This document shows, piece by piece, positions 37,208-56,086 of a DNA stretch of 64,000 nucleotides; within the stretch, counting starts at the first letter, position 1; each line of letters opens with the position of its first letter. The notes below the pieces were generated by a model. The model did no database searches. It was not told the DNA's origin and saw nothing but the letters and a program-made list of their open reading frames with translations. The DNA comes from the human T2T-CHM13v2.0 reference genome, Homo sapiens: NCBI RefSeq assembly GCF_009914755.1, contig NC_060925.1; one strand, 5' to 3'. Both the position numbers and the translations under genes were made by a program.

Positions 37208-37441
37208 CAGGGCTTCTCAGACCCAACACTATTGACATTTTGGGCTGGATAATTCTTTGTTGTGAGGCTGTCCTGTGCATTGCAGGATGTTTAGCGGTAT
37301 CCCTGGCCTCTACCACATAGGGTATTCACTGCCAAGAGATGCCAGTAGCAACTCCCACTCAAGCTGTGACAAACCTAAAATGTCCCCTGATCTTGCCAAA
37401 TGTCCTCTGGGGGCAAAATCAACCCTAGTTTAGAACCACTG
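37208..37441 (+). mobile_element. MER20 hAT MITE
   Basis: CACTATTGACATTTTGGGCTGGATAATTCTTTGTTGTG...GGATGTTTAGC...TTAGAACCACTG matches MER20. Confidence 0.9.
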
Positions 37442-39853
37442 CCTAATAGGATCCTGGGGAGGATTAAATGAGCTATTTCATATAAAATACCTTCCGGCAA
37501 TCCCTTCCCCATTCCTTCCATAACTCTATGGTGAGTTCTAACTCCTCAGAACCCTCTTGTTCTTTCTGTTCCTCTACTGTTTGGAAAATGTGCCCACCTA
37601 TGGAGACTGGGTGCTTGAGAGCTTCTTGCAAATCCAAAGCTGTTCCAGGAGCTAGACCTGATTCCAGTCCTGTCATTTCCACAGACATGCTGTGGGACCT
37701 TGGCTGAAGTCCTTCCCCTCCTTGAGCCTCGGTTTCCCCATGTGTACGAGGGGGCTGACCCAGAAGCTTTCCGAAAGGTCTTCTCACTGCAGGAATCAGT
37801 GACTGGGTGATTCATACCAAGTGCAAATTCCCCTCACAAAGTCCAAATTCTTCCAGCGACTTAGTCATTCCAGGGTTTGAACTTTCTCGCAAAAACCATT
37901 TGAAAAATTCTTCCAGCTTAAAAAAAAAAAAAAAAGCTATTAAAAGAAAGTAAAAGTTTCAAAACCAAATCCTAGGCAAACAACCCTGAAAACAATACAC
38001 ACACATACATATACATACAGCACCCAAGGTAGCTCTGAGAACAGGATATGAAACCTTGCAGGCCGGCACTAAGAAATGATTCACAGGCCTTTGAGATGCT
38101 TCTATTTCAAGACACAGTCCACCCACTGGATCTGGTGGCTCCAAAAACAAACTTTCAGCTGCTGTTTCTTATCGCAGTGTGGTTCGCCTGGCCAGTATCC
38201 TTGGGTCTCAAGAGCTCCAGACAGAAGACAAGGTTGAGTCCTGTGAATTCCCTTTCTGTTCTATTTCAAGCCTCAAGCTGCTGGCTTGTTTAAAGAAAGT
38301 CTTTTGCATCCACCTTTTGGTTGGCTGACCCGAGTTTAAAGCAACATAGCCTAATGGGTTCGTAGCACAGCCTGCGAATTCATAATTTTAGTTTAGCAAG
38401 GCCTCTGTGTGGCTCCAGCAAGTCCTACTGGATCCTAGGCTGGTCATTCTAGAAGCTGTCTCCAGCTAAACAATCCTGCCTGGCTTTCCTTATACATATC
38501 AATATTATACTTGCCCTAGGCCAGGATTAAGAATTTTAGCACAAATTCAAAATTTCATGCTTTTATGTAAAATAGAAATATAAAAGTAATTCATTCGATG
38601 AAATGCTTACTGAGTGCTCACTATATGCCAAGCACCAGCAATGTACTGGCGATAAAATACAGCCCCTGCCTTCAGGAGCCACATTGAACAGGAAAAGCAG
38701 ACAATCTAAATATACATAGTAGAAACACATGGAACTATTCCCTATGGGAAATGCCCTGCATAAAAAGTGATACCAAAGTTGGAGCAAAATTGAAAGAAAT
38801 GCAAATGCTTGTGATACGGTTAAGTACATTTTCATCTGTACTTACCCTTGATTTTGTTTTAGATTTAGAAAATCTTGAACTTTCACTGTTGCTTCATTTG
38901 CCCTCCAAAAATCCAGAATCTTACAGAAAGGGTCAGTGTCTGGATCAAACATGTTTCTTATCTAATTTCCTTGCCCCAGTTTTTGTTTATGCCATCATTG
39001 CTGCATGGAGTCCTCCCTCCTCTCCTTGTGTATCCTCCAAGTTCTGATGCAAAGCCCACTTCCTCCAGGAAGCATTCGCAGACCCATCTGGCCACATCCT
39101 CGCTGTTCTCTAAACACACATATCTCATGCTCTTGACTTGGCCTTTAGCCTGTCCTGCCTTATGATCTCTCTTGTACTTCTGTCCTGAAGTTTTATCTAA
39201 CTTATGAATTGGGGGAAAGAGGACAGGCACTGACATTTATTAAGTGTTTTATTGGTGACGGGCATTTTGCTAGCTCTTTACTGTATATAATGTGCCTGGT
39301 ATGTAGAAGATGTTCAATAAATATTTGTTCAACGAATGCTTCGGTGATTTGGCTTAAACCTAACAATAACCCTATGAGACCAATTCTATTAGTATTCCCA
39401 TTTTACAGATAAGAGAACTGAGGCACAGACAGGTAAAGTCTGCATTTGAGGGCTTTCTGTCTTAAAAGTTGAAGTTCAGACTTTCTCTTCTTCTCTGTTG
39501 CTTTTTTCTGCAAATAGATTTCCCTGAAGTGTCTTGATTAATTAATAGGACATATACTGTGCTCCCTGCTTTATCCCATCTCAGGCAATATTACCTGTTC
39601 TCTCCGTTGTGAGCCCATATTTGTATTTCTACAGTTAGTTTAGAAACCACTCTGCATCAGGCGTGGTGACTCACGCCTATAGTCCCAACACTCTGGGGAG
39701 GCTGAGGCGGGTAGATTGCTTGAACTCAGGAGTTCGACATCAGCCTGAGCAACATGGCAAAACCCCATCTCTACAAAAAAATGAAAAATTAGCCAGGCCT
39801 GGTAGTGCACATCTGTGGTCTCAGCTACTGGGGAGGCTGAGGTGGGAGGATCA

Positions 39854-39949
<96 letters not shown>

Positions 39950-40107
39950 TCATCACCCCACCATTACCTGTGCCTTGTCTACCTTTCCCACTAGACCATA
40001 GGCAGCACTAATGTAGTATGACTGCTGTGCCCCTGGCTGGCACACTGCTCATGCTCAGTGAAGATTTGCTGAGCCAGGGTGGTAGTGGTGGTGGTGGTGG
40101 TGATAAC

Positions 40108-41199
<1,092 letters not shown>

Positions 41200-42067
41200 G
41201 AAGGTGAGCAGGACTTTCCCGCCTATGAAATTCAGGGTTTTGGGGAAACAGCTTCCACTCTGGGGCCTGACAGACCTGGGGTTGGCACCTGCCTGTCCTA
41301 TGGTCTTGACTTTGCTCCCCTGAGCCTCAGTTTCTTCCTTTGTAAAGGGGAGAGCCAGAGTAAAGCTGCATTTGTAGAGTGCCAGACAGTGTGCTAAGCC
41401 CTTTATCGCATCCTAAGACTCCGCTTGGATGATAATAGGCCAGGAACGCCATTAACAAAGAAACTGTGTTTGAAATTGACAGCTTCACATTGCCACATAA
41501 GAAGCAACCTCCACCTCGTGTTTTTGCTTTGAATCTGACCATGTGGTAACTCAAGAAAACTCATGAATATTGGAGTCAGACAGGACAAGGTTCAAAGCCT
41601 GGCTCTGGTGTTTACCAGCTGGGTGAAACTGTGTGATCTGTCTTGCACTTCTGAGCCTCTCATAGTTTGCAAAATGGGAATGGTACTGGTCCCTACTTGA
41701 TGTTGATGTGATGATTAAATTAAACGATAATTTTAAAAGCATGCTGTTACGAGCTGTGCCACAGAGGGTAGCACAGTTCCAGCACATAGGGGAGGCTTCT
41801 CTCTGAAGATGCTACTGCTGAAGATGCTGGTTCAGGAGGGGACAATCCAGGAAGAGTAAGCCAGTACACAGAGGACGGCAACAGCTGGGGACTGATTTTC
41901 CCAGAGGAGGAATGAGGGACAGCGCAGGCCTCTTGGGCAGCTGCTTCCTGGGGTTGTGATGTCACCGGCCCATCCAGGAGGCCACAGTACCAGCGCCTGT
42001 TACTGCCTCCCAGCTGGCCGGCTCCACTTCCTGCGCCCTGAGCCTGCCCTTGCCTTCTTTCTCATGA

Positions 42068-43378
<1,311 letters not shown>

Positions 43379-43922
43379 ATCTTATGCATATGGGAATTAA
43401 ATCCCAGTTTAAAAAAACGCTCCAAACTATTCTACTCATTTCATTTTCTAGATGGGAGACTGAGGCCAAGTGAGGAGGGGGGGCTCATTTGCAGCCACCC
43501 AGTGAATCAGTGTCAGAATCAGGAACCAGGCCTCCTGCTATACCAGATTCTGTTTCTACATCATTTGGTACCAGGTGTGGGGTGGGGGGCAGACAACTCT
43601 GATTCTCACACCTGGCAATCACCACCTTACTTCTGTCACTCCGGGAGGCACAGCTCAGAGGCAAAGTGAATCCAACTCAGTGACAGAAAACTGAGCCTGA
43701 AGCTAAACATGCAATCATCTCACCTCACTGAGCCTCAGTTACCTTCCTCTGTCAAAAGATAATACCGGTACATAGGCCTGGTGTGGTGGCTGACGCCTGT
43801 AATTGCAGCACTTTGGGAGGCTGAGGTGGGCGGATTACTCAAGGTAAGGAGTTTGAGACCAGCCTGGCTAACATGGCAAAGTCCCGTCTCTAATAAAAAT
43901 ACAAAAATTAGCCGGTGTGCTA

Positions 43923-44105
<183 letters not shown>

Positions 44106-45207
44106 TTATTAGTTGTTCTTTCAACAAACATTTTGAAAACAACTACTATGTCCCAGGCAATGTGTGTGGCTTTGGGAACCAAAACAGAATCAGGATGTCA
44201 GGCTCTTGCTCTCATGGAAACCTATATTTTTATGGGAAAGACCAATAATACACAAGTAATCAAAGAAATCAATAAGAAAATATCAGAGAATAAATTCTAT
44301 TATTAAAATAAAAAGAGTAATCAGAGGATATTTCTGATTAGATTGGGCAGTTGGAGAGAATGCTCTAAAGAGGTGATATTTGGGGCCAGGCATAGTGGCT
44401 CATGCTGGTAATCACAGCATGTTGGGATTACTAGGTGGGAGCTGAGGTGGAAGGATCACTTGAGGCCAAGAGCTTGAGACCAGCCTGGGCAACATAGTGA
44501 GACCCCATCTCTACAAAAATTAGCCAGGTGTGGTGGTACATGCTTGTAGTTCTACCTACTTGGGAGGCTAGGGCAGGAGGATCACTTGAGTCCAGGAGTT
44601 TGAGGTTACAGTGAGCTATGATTGTGCCACTGTACTCCAGCCTGGGCAACAGAGTAAGACCTTGTCTCTAAAAAAATAGGCAATATTTGAACTGAGACCT
44701 CAATGAGCAAACACCTAACTTATTAATACTAAATGTTAATGCTAAAATAGCAACATGTGAAGGACAAAACTGATAACCATGAGTGTTTATTTGCATTACA
44801 ATTGAATTTTTGGAAATGTATGTAATGTATATGGATCATGTGTCTGTTTCTCCACTTGAGTTTAATGATGGTAATAACTATTAACATTTTTTGCACACTG
44901 GTAATATGCAGTGTCCTCTTCTAGGCATTTCGATGTTTTGCTTCATTTAATTCTCACAGCAATCTTGTAAGGTAGGCACTGATATTTTTCAATTTTACGA
45001 TTTTTTTTCTTTTGAGACAGGGTCTTACTCTGTTACCCAGGCTGGAGTGCAGTGGCACCATCTTGGCTCACTGTAACCTCTGGCTCTCAGGCTCAAGTGA
45101 TCCTCCCACCTCAGCCTCTGAGTAGCTGGGACTACAGGCGTGTGCCACCATGCCTGGCTAATTTTTTTGTATTTTTGGTAGAGATGGGGTTTTGCCATGT
45201 TGCCTAG

Positions 45208-45513
<306 letters not shown>

Positions 45514-45591
45514 TAGCCGGGATGGTCTCAACCTCCTGACCTCGTGATCCACCTACCTCGGCCTCCCAAAGTGCTGGGATTACAGGCGTGA

Positions 45592-45881
<290 letters not shown>

Positions 45882-46724
45882 TAAGCCACCGCGCCTGGAC
45901 AATTTTACAATTTTTTTAACCACGATTTATTGTTTTACAAATAAGGAAATTGAGATGCAGAGAGGTGAATTGACTTGCCTGAGGTCACACAGCTAGAAAG
46001 TGGCAGAGCTCCACCTTGAATTCAGTCAATCTGGGACCCATGGTTTTAGCCATTGCGCAGCTTTGCCTGGTCCTCTAGACAGTCTGCCCATAGTAGGTGC
46101 ACAATGAAGAGGATGTCTGCTTCTGTTTGGAGAGAGGGAGCTCTGACCAGGTTATTTAGGGTGTTCAAGACCCTTGACATGACTGCCCTTTGAGTGGCAC
46201 ATGAAGTCTTGTGCTTTCCCTGCCTTGCTCTCTCCAACCTTCCAAAATAAATTCTTGACGGCCCAGGGGCTGGGGGAAGGTGGATAATGACTTGAAAATA
46301 TGCTGGCATGACACACGATAGCATCTGCAATCATGGATTGTGAAATCTAGACAAGTTCTGAGACTGTGACTCACAAATTTTACGTCAAAAAGGAAATTAC
46401 AAAGGAATAACTAGGAGCATCTTTTACAGAGCGTCCTTCTCTGGCTGTGTCACCCTGAGCCCTTGATCCTACATTTTAGTCATGGCAGGCGTCTGGAATA
46501 CAGATGCGAACCTTGCACCACCATCCCTGGCTCAAAGCACCCGGCTCTCAGGTTCTCTCTCTCTTGAGGATTGGCTCTGGCTCTTCCCGAGCTACCTCCT
46601 GATCCTCCTGTAGTTCCTCTAAGGTGATGGCTCCAGCTGAGAAGCCTGGCAGGTCTGGGTTCAAATCCTGACTCAGTCACTTACCGGCTGGTACCCTTGG
46701 CCACTTTCTGGATCTCCATATTAA

Positions 46725-47183
<459 letters not shown>

Positions 47184-47219
47184 TAGTAGACCCTTAATAA
47201 ATAACTGCCAAGCAAATGA

Positions 47220-47426
<207 letters not shown>

Positions 47427-48416
47427 TAATTTTTCTATTTTTAGTAGAGACAGGGTTTCATCATGTTGGCCAGGCTGGTCTCTAAGTCCTGACCTCAGAT
47501 GATCCACCCGCCTTGGACTTTTTTTTTGAGACAGGATCTCGCTCTGTCAGCCAGGCTGGAATACAGTGGTGTGATCATGGCTCACTATAGCCTCAACCTC
47601 TCAGGTTCAAGCGATCCTCCTGCCTCAGCCTCTTGAGTAGCTAGGACTACAGGAGTGCACCATCATGTCCGGCTAATTTTTGTATTTTTTGTAGAGACAG
47701 GGTTTTACCATGTTTCCCAGGCTGGGCTCAAACTCTTGGACACAAGCAACTCATTCATCTTGGCCTCTCAGTGTTGAGATTCCAGGTGTGAGCCACCGCA
47801 CCCGGCCATCACATCACTGTTATTATTACTACTAATTCCTGAAAGAGACCCCCCTGATCAGCTGACCTCAGAATTCCTGTTGCTCAGCCTCTAACTCTCT
47901 CAGGATCCATTAATGTACCAGTTTCTTGTATATTGGTTGGTCTCGGATGGGTTAACTTGTGTGAGTTGGTGTCCCAGAGTCAGGACACCTGGGCTGTTGG
48001 AAGCAGGTTGGGCAAAAAAGACTTTGATCTTGCAAAGTTCAGGAGGAGGATTGGGGCATCAGGGCCTTGCTGAGGGCTGCTGCTTGTGGGGCTCAGCTGG
48101 TACAGGCAGCTCTTCAAAGACTCTTCTCTCAGGCCTCTCCTTCCAACTTCATACCTCTGGAGATGGTCTCCATGAGTGATCTAGCCTTTGGAGTATAGGA
48201 ACCTTCCTTTTGCAGCTGCGGTGAGGGACAGAGAAAGCACTTTGATAAAAATAGGAAAACCGGTGCTGGGCGTGGTGTCTCACACCTGTAATCCCAGCAC
48301 TTTGGGAGGCTGAGGCCTCACTTGAGCCCAGGAGTTCAAGACCCAGCCAGGTAACATGGTGACATGGTGAAATCCCATCTCTACCCCAAAAAAAGGGAAA
48401 TTGGCTACTGGCTCCT

Positions 48417-48830
48417 TGTATCAGTCAAGGTTCCAGCCATCCAATAGGTGGCTCACTCAAAGGAGCCTCCGGAGAGAGCTGAATGAAGGGACTTATCTAT
48501 AAAGGGAGGAGTAAGGGGGCACCCAGGGACTAGCAGCAGCAGGAAGTCCTGGCACCATTATCCTGAAGGCAGGAAGGGAAGGGGTGGTGAAGGCTGTAGC
48601 TGCAAGATAGGAGCTGTGGAGAGGGACTCAACACAGCCAACCAGCCCAGCAGGAAAGAAGGAGCCAGGACAATCCACTCCCCCAACACTTGCTCTTCCTT
48701 GAGACCCCAGTTTTTTGCCATTGCTTCCATTGGCCAAACCCAAGTGCAAGGCAGACCCAAGTGAAAGCCAGAGGCCAGGGAAGCCCAGATGCTTCCCCAG
48801 GTAGAGAAGAAGGGGCTGCTCTGGAGGGGC
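48417..48830. mobile_element. Old ERVL-type LTR fragment (LTR33-like)
   Basis: TGTATCAGTCAAGGTTCCAG...AGAGAGCTGAATGAAGGGACT pattern; highly diverged, family uncertain. Confidence 0.35.
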
Positions 48831-48950
48831 AAAGGCAGAATACACGGCATGCCTTGTTTCTGTTTTGTTTTGTTTTGTGCCTTGGGAGGATTTACATATA
48901 TTATTGTTATATGTATTACATATATTCTGACAGTCCCTCTGGGAGGTGAG

Positions 48951-49023
48951 GAAACCAGAGAGGTGAAGTCACTTGCCCCAGGTCACACAGAAACCAGAGA
49001 GGTGAAGTCACCTGCCCCAGGTC
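48951..49023. repeat. 39-bp-period tandem duplication inside a MIR core
   Basis: GAAACCAGAGAGGTGAAGTCAC(T/C)TGCCCCAGGTC repeated with one mismatch. Confidence 0.9.
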
Positions 49024-49369
49024 TTTTGATCCCCAAATCCATGTTTTTTCTATGCAGTATCCCCCTGATGGAGCTCACACTGACTTTCTGGCTGATATGT
49101 TCTACTTTCCAATGGAAATCTCTCTTGACCATGTGATGCTAAGGCTCAAATGGGAGGAAACTGGGGGAACAGGGTTGACTGATGATGGGGAAGGTGTTTT
49201 GCTGTGGAGTGTCTGTCGTGCTTATCAGAGCAGAGGCCAGCCCTGTGGCTGGCTCCATCATTCTGTGATTCAATGGCCGTGAAACCGACAGGGCAGGGGG
49301 AGCAGAGGCTGGGCTTGGGAGGGGGCATTGCACTCATAGAGATGAATAAATAATTAGGTAATTACCACC

Positions 49370-50690
49370 TTACAGTTCCTCTCCTAGGGAAATACGCATA
49401 CGCATGTACCAAGATGACAGCTGCAGCTTTTCTATAACAGAAAAGTTCAGACCCTCTACATGCCCATCATTCAGGGTTCTAATGGTGGCTAGGATTTAAT
49501 TTAGAGAGATGATGATGCAACGAGGTCAAGGCCATTGAAAAAGTTTTACTCCTTACAGTTCCCAAGCGGGGGCGAGGCAGGCACACTGTGTCACGCAGGG
49601 CCACATGGGAATCTCTGGGGTCGGTCAGAAGGCAGGGATGCAAAGAGAGCATGGCCCAGAGCCTTTAGTGCGGTTTTTGCAGAAAGGAATGGGCGAGGTA
49701 GGGTAGGCAAGTTTGAGCAAGTTTAGGACTGGACAGTTTGAGTACTGTTAGCAGGCTCTAGGCTCTAGGTATGGTCTCTAGTTGTCTAGTACCTGACCCT
49801 GGGGTGATGTAGGGCAGGGGAGATATTGGCTTGGTGTGTGAGAGTGGTTAGTTAGTATATGAAAGGCATGTTCACAGGCAAGTTGTTTACCATCTCTAGG
49901 AATTAGCTAGCCTGGGAGAGGCCATCTCTCCAGGATTAGCAAGGCCCCAGATGTCAAAGCATTGTAAAATACAGAAAATAAAAAACATGATTCATACATT
50001 CAGGGAATGATTGGAAAACGACATTATGTTCATACTTTGGAATACTATGAGGTAGGTAAAAATAGTAAGGTAGGTCTACTTACTTACACAGATGACCTCC
50101 AAGACATTAAGGCTTTTTGTTGTTTGTTTGTTTGTTTGTTTCTGAGAGGGGGTCTTGCTCTGTTACACAGGCTGGAGTGCAGCAGTGCAATCACAGCTCA
50201 CTGCAGGCTTGACTGCCCAGGCTCAAGCAATCCTCCTGCTTCAGCTACCACGCCTGGCTAATTTTCTTTTTTTGTAGAGACAAGATCTCGCTATTTGGCC
50301 AGGCTGATCTCAAACTCCTGGGCTCGAGTGATCTGCCTGTCTCGGCCTCTCAAAGTGCTGGGATTATAGGCGTGAGCCACTGTGCCTGGCCAAGACATTA
50401 AGTAGAAAAAAGAAGTTGTGGAACAATACTTACCCATATGATTCCATTTACAAGTGGAAAAAATGAACAAATAAACCTTAAATTTCTATGTATTTCTGTA
50501 TATGTGTGCAATGCCCCAAAGAATGTGTAAGTGGATAGACACCAAACTAGCATCAATGGTTATTCTTGGAAAGCGGGAGAGTGGAATTGGAAAAGGATCA
50601 GAAGGAGGTCTTTTACTACATCTGTATGTTTGAAGTTTTTACAATAAATACATGTTCATGTATTATCTGTGTAATTTAATATAAAGTAAG
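49370..50690 (+). mobile_element. Diverged L1ME-type 3' fragment (split by an LTR and an AluJ)
   Basis: CATACTTTGGAATACTATG..., ATATGATTCCATTT... and CATGTATTA...TGTAATT are L1M 3' end hallmarks. Confidence 0.55.
49475..49998 (-). mobile_element. ERVL solo LTR (MER74-like) inserted into an old L1M fragment
   Basis: The minus strand starts TGTATGAATCATGTTTTTTATTTTCTGTATTTTACAATGCTTTGACATCTGGGGCCTTGC. 5-bp TSD TTCAG (49470-74 / 49999-50003). L1M-type sequence on both sides. Confidence 0.6.
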
Positions 50691-51244
50691 TAAATCCTCC
50701 CTTTTCCTCTAGATAATGTTAAACCCATTTGATGAACACTGTGATGGGGAAGTACAGGGGCTGACTGGTGTGTAAGCAGAGAGGCAGGGTCCCTTACCCT
50801 GATTAGGCAACCAGGGAGGACTTCCTGAAGGAGGTGAGTCCTGGGTTATGTTTTGAAGGATGGATTAAAATTAGCCAGATGAAGAAGTAGAGAAAGAGTA
50901 TTCTAGATAAAGGGGACGGTGTGTCTGGAGAAGTGATGGAGCAGCTATATTTAGGAGTATAAGATTGTGAGAAAGAGGAGGGCCAGGGATGAAGTGGGAG
51001 ATGTGAATGGAAGCAGATCTTGAGGAGCCTCATAAGCCCAGCTGAGAGGTTCCAATTTCACCCAGAAGGCAATGGGGAGGCCTCAGAAGGGCTTTAAGGT
51101 TTGCCATGAGTGGGCCAGGATGGAGAAGCAGGGAGGAGGAGGCGGGGCTGTGAATGAACAGACTGGAGTGACGCTAAGATCAGCTGCCATCAACCTCACC
51201 CTCCCACACTCCAGCCACATGGCTTGCTTTCTGAGCTCTAACTC

Positions 51245-52002
<758 letters not shown>

Positions 52003-55000
52003 TAAGAAGGCAGGGATCTATCCCTGCGCACCTAGGGCCGTGTCCGGCCCTCAGCAGATGCTCAGGAGTCTGTGAAGCTAACAGCTGCTAGGGTGGGTTT
52101 CTGCAGCCTGGAAGAGCCTGACAGGGCTGCGGCTTTCTGATGGTGGAGGGCTGGTGATGGGCACCAGGAGGGACAGATGTTTGGATATTGAACTGAGCTG
52201 TTGACACAGGTTAGAAAAACTCGTCCTCTTTTGGGGGAAGGGCAGGGTGGGGTGAGAAAGAGTTTAAAATAGGTGACCTTTTCAAGCAGATGCGGGAGGA
52301 AGGAAGAGCCCGCTGACATCACAGCTGAGAGGCCCAGAGCTCGGTTGTGGCCCAGGGGCCAGCGCTACCAGGGCAGGCCCCCAGCCTGAGTCACTCCCAC
52401 CTGTAAGTCAGGCGACCAGGCCAAGCCTGGGGGTGGGGGCACTGTTCTGAGAGGCATAGGGCGGGCAGAGAGAGGTGGCAGCTGCTGCCCACCCGGGACC
52501 TCCTCCTTTCGTCCCTCAGGCCTCCTCCAGCCATTCACTGTCCTCGGCATTATGGAGGCCTGGGCAAGGCACAGGTCCTCGGTTTCCCCATCTGGAAAGG
52601 GGAGTGGAGGGGGAGGAAGGATTTGGGCTCAAAGGTCTCAGAGGATCAAATCCAGGCATCTCTGTTTGTCATAGATGACCTCACCCCAGCTATTGATCTC
52701 CACTCCCTTGCACCCACATCTGCCTTGTGTTCCTGTCTCTGGGCCCCCATTCAAGCTCTTCATCCTCCTCTTCCCCCGTTCCCCAATATACTAGTACCTC
52801 CTCTCCTAAGCAAACACTTTCCACCCTCCAGGCTTGGGGAGGCTGGGTGCAGGAGAGGAAGGAACATGGGCTTTGGAGCCTGACAGCTGGTTCCAGATCC
52901 GGCCTTGTCCCTGACACCTTTCGTCTATTGTCACCCTTTTGACCTCAGTTTTCCTTTCTGTAGAGTGGGTATATCTACCTTCTACATTGTGGTAAAGATT
53001 TTTTTTAAAAGCCTGTTGTGAAAGTTTGTTTCCTTTGCCTTTTTTTTTTTTCTAGTTTGTTACTGCTGCTCTGAAGCTTTTCAGCATTTCTTGAAATAAT
53101 GAATTCCAGTAACACTGATAGCTCTTGGCCGGCCCACCATGAAGCCCTTGATCCCAGCCTGGCTGAGAATAGACTGTTTCACACATCACTAACTCTGCCC
53201 CAGCCTCTGGCTCAGAGCTAGTAGCAGGACATGAAGGTTTACTGAACACCAAACAGATGGTGAGTGCCCTGCTAAGAACTTCACATACATCTGCCCCCTC
53301 CATCCTCCTCACTGTGAGGAAGTGTCATCGTCCCCACCAGAAAAACAAGGACTGGGAGGTGTCCTGACTTGCCCAGGCAGAGACTGGTGAGTGATGAGGC
53401 TGGAAAAGTGACAGGGCCCAGTTCTTGAAGGGCTCTGAATATATTTTATCTTTTTAATCATTTTATTATTTTTATAGAGATGGGGGCCTCACTATGTTAT
53501 CTAGGCTGGTATCCAACTCCTGGCCTCAAGTGATGCTCCCACCTCAGTCTCCCAGAGTGCTGAAATTACAGGCATGAGCCACCATGCCCAGCTGAATACA
53601 CTACCTTAAGGGCAGTGGAGAGGTTTTAGACAGGGAGGCAACATGATCAGACTTGGGCTGAAGGCTGGGTGGGGTTGAGATAGGTAGGGAGGAAAGAGAA
53701 GGGTAATAGTTTGATTTCTGCTTCCCAGAGTTGTAAGAAGGGTGAGCTTGCCTTGTCAAAGAGGGAAGGTGATTGGGCAGGGCAGATGGGAACACAGCTA
53801 ACACCTGTGAACTGGAATGAGCCATGTGAGCTGGGATTGGGTGAGAAGCTTGGGATGGGCGCACGTTGCCTAATACATGGCCTTAGGCAAGTTATTTGGC
53901 TTCTCTGAATCTCAAGTTTCTCATCTGTAAAATGGGCTTAATCACAGTATAACTTCCTGAGGAGCCGTGAGACTTCAGCAAGATAATTAAGACATGCAAA
54001 GCACTTACTTGGACCAGGGCCTGGCATAGAACAAGTGCTCAAGAACCACCAAGCACTGTGAAAAGCGAGACATCATCGTGATTTTTATTGTAATCCTCAT
54101 GGCTCTTGGGATAGCCTTTCCAGTCGGCTGGGGGCTTCAACTCCCAGGAGCATTCCCAAGCCCAGCAGTTTCAGGTGGGCTCTGTTAGCTGATGTTTCCC
54201 TGCTTCCTGGCAGGGAGGGTGGGAATGGCAGCCAAGAGTGCAGGTGTCACGTCCCCTCCCTCCCCATCTATTTCCAGCGTAGCTGCCTGAGGCCACTGCC
54301 AGGTGTGGGTGGTGAGTCAGAGCCAGGCTGAGAGGACAAGGCAGCCCCGGGGGCCTGAAGCTGTCTCAGCCTCCCTCCCTCGGCCTTTCCCATGGGCATT
54401 TTGAAGGGGGAAGGCTGGGCCAGTGCCCAAGGGTCCTCCATCAGTGTCACATAGAGGACACAGGGTAGAGACCCAAGGTCCCCCAATCTACCTCTTTGCT
54501 GGCTGGAGGTGGGGGCAGAGGCCATGTTCTATTCATCTCTACCTCCAAGAATATCTAAGACAGGGCTTGGCACATAATAGGGATGCAAGAAATGCACGTT
54601 GACTGAATGAAGCAATGTTTGTTCAGGACTTTAGAGGAGCAGGATTTGTTCATGAGAACAGACTATGAGCTCTGCAGACAGACAGACAGACAGAGAGATA
54701 GACAGGGTTTATATGACCCCGGATAGGGGAATTTGCCTCTCTGAGCCTCAGTTTGCTCATCAGTGAAATGGGGATAACAATGTGTACTTTATATTAAGGA
54801 CTGTTGTGAGGTGTAAGTGGGGCAACCTCAGGAAACTGTCTACTGTGCCTGAGACTATATCTATAATAACATTGATCACATTTTGTTGCAAGTATGTATT
54901 GCCATATTTGCCCCTCTCTGGATGGTGAGCTCCCCTTGGGTCAGGACAATAGTAAGTAGAGGCTTCTGAGACAGGAAGGTATGAACTTGAATCCTGGACC

Positions 55001-55605
55001 TATTTTTACTTTACTGTGTGACCTTGGACAAATCACACACCCTCTCTGAGCCTCAGTTTATTTATGAAACAGAAATGGTGACTGTAGAGGCCGTGGTGAG
55101 GATTAAAAGAGGCATGTTGTGCAAAGCACCCAGTCCAGTATCTGGTACCTGAAGGCAACTATATCATGGAATAGGAACAGGCTTCAAATGGATCAACAAG
55201 GACCAGCCCTCATGGCTGGGTGAATGGAAAGATCTTGGGCTGGCAGTGAAGAGACGTGGGCTCTGGAACTGACTTTGAAGCCAACTGGCTGAGAGTCCTG
55301 GGACAAGTCCTTCAGCTTCTCTGGGCTGAGCCTCACATCTGTAAAATGAAGGGCTTGGATCCCGTGGCCCAAGGGTCCTTCTGGCTCAGCATACTCTGGC
55401 TGAGGCAGGTAACCTTGGCCAGACCCTGTGAGCTGACTCCTCAGTAAGAAGCAGAACATGGAAGATCCTGGTGTGTCCCAGATGTGTCTTGAGTCCATGA
55501 AGGTAGTCAGTCAAGTACACCCTGGCCCTGGCCCCAGCAAGCCACAGGGATGAGCCTGGGGCCTCTGCAGGCAAAGAAGATGTGCCCAATGCACACAGCT
55601 AATGA

Positions 55606-56086
<481 letters not shown>

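Noticed and set aside
38340-38400. tRNA-like A-box TAGCCTAATGG
   Set aside because: No B-box or cloverleaf; most likely the head of an ancient tRNA-derived SINE.
48438-48456. CTCF-like CCAATAGGTGGCTC, and similar partial matches at ~17535, ~42262 and ~52470
   Set aside because: Mismatches at key core positions; not supportable without a PWM or ChIP data.
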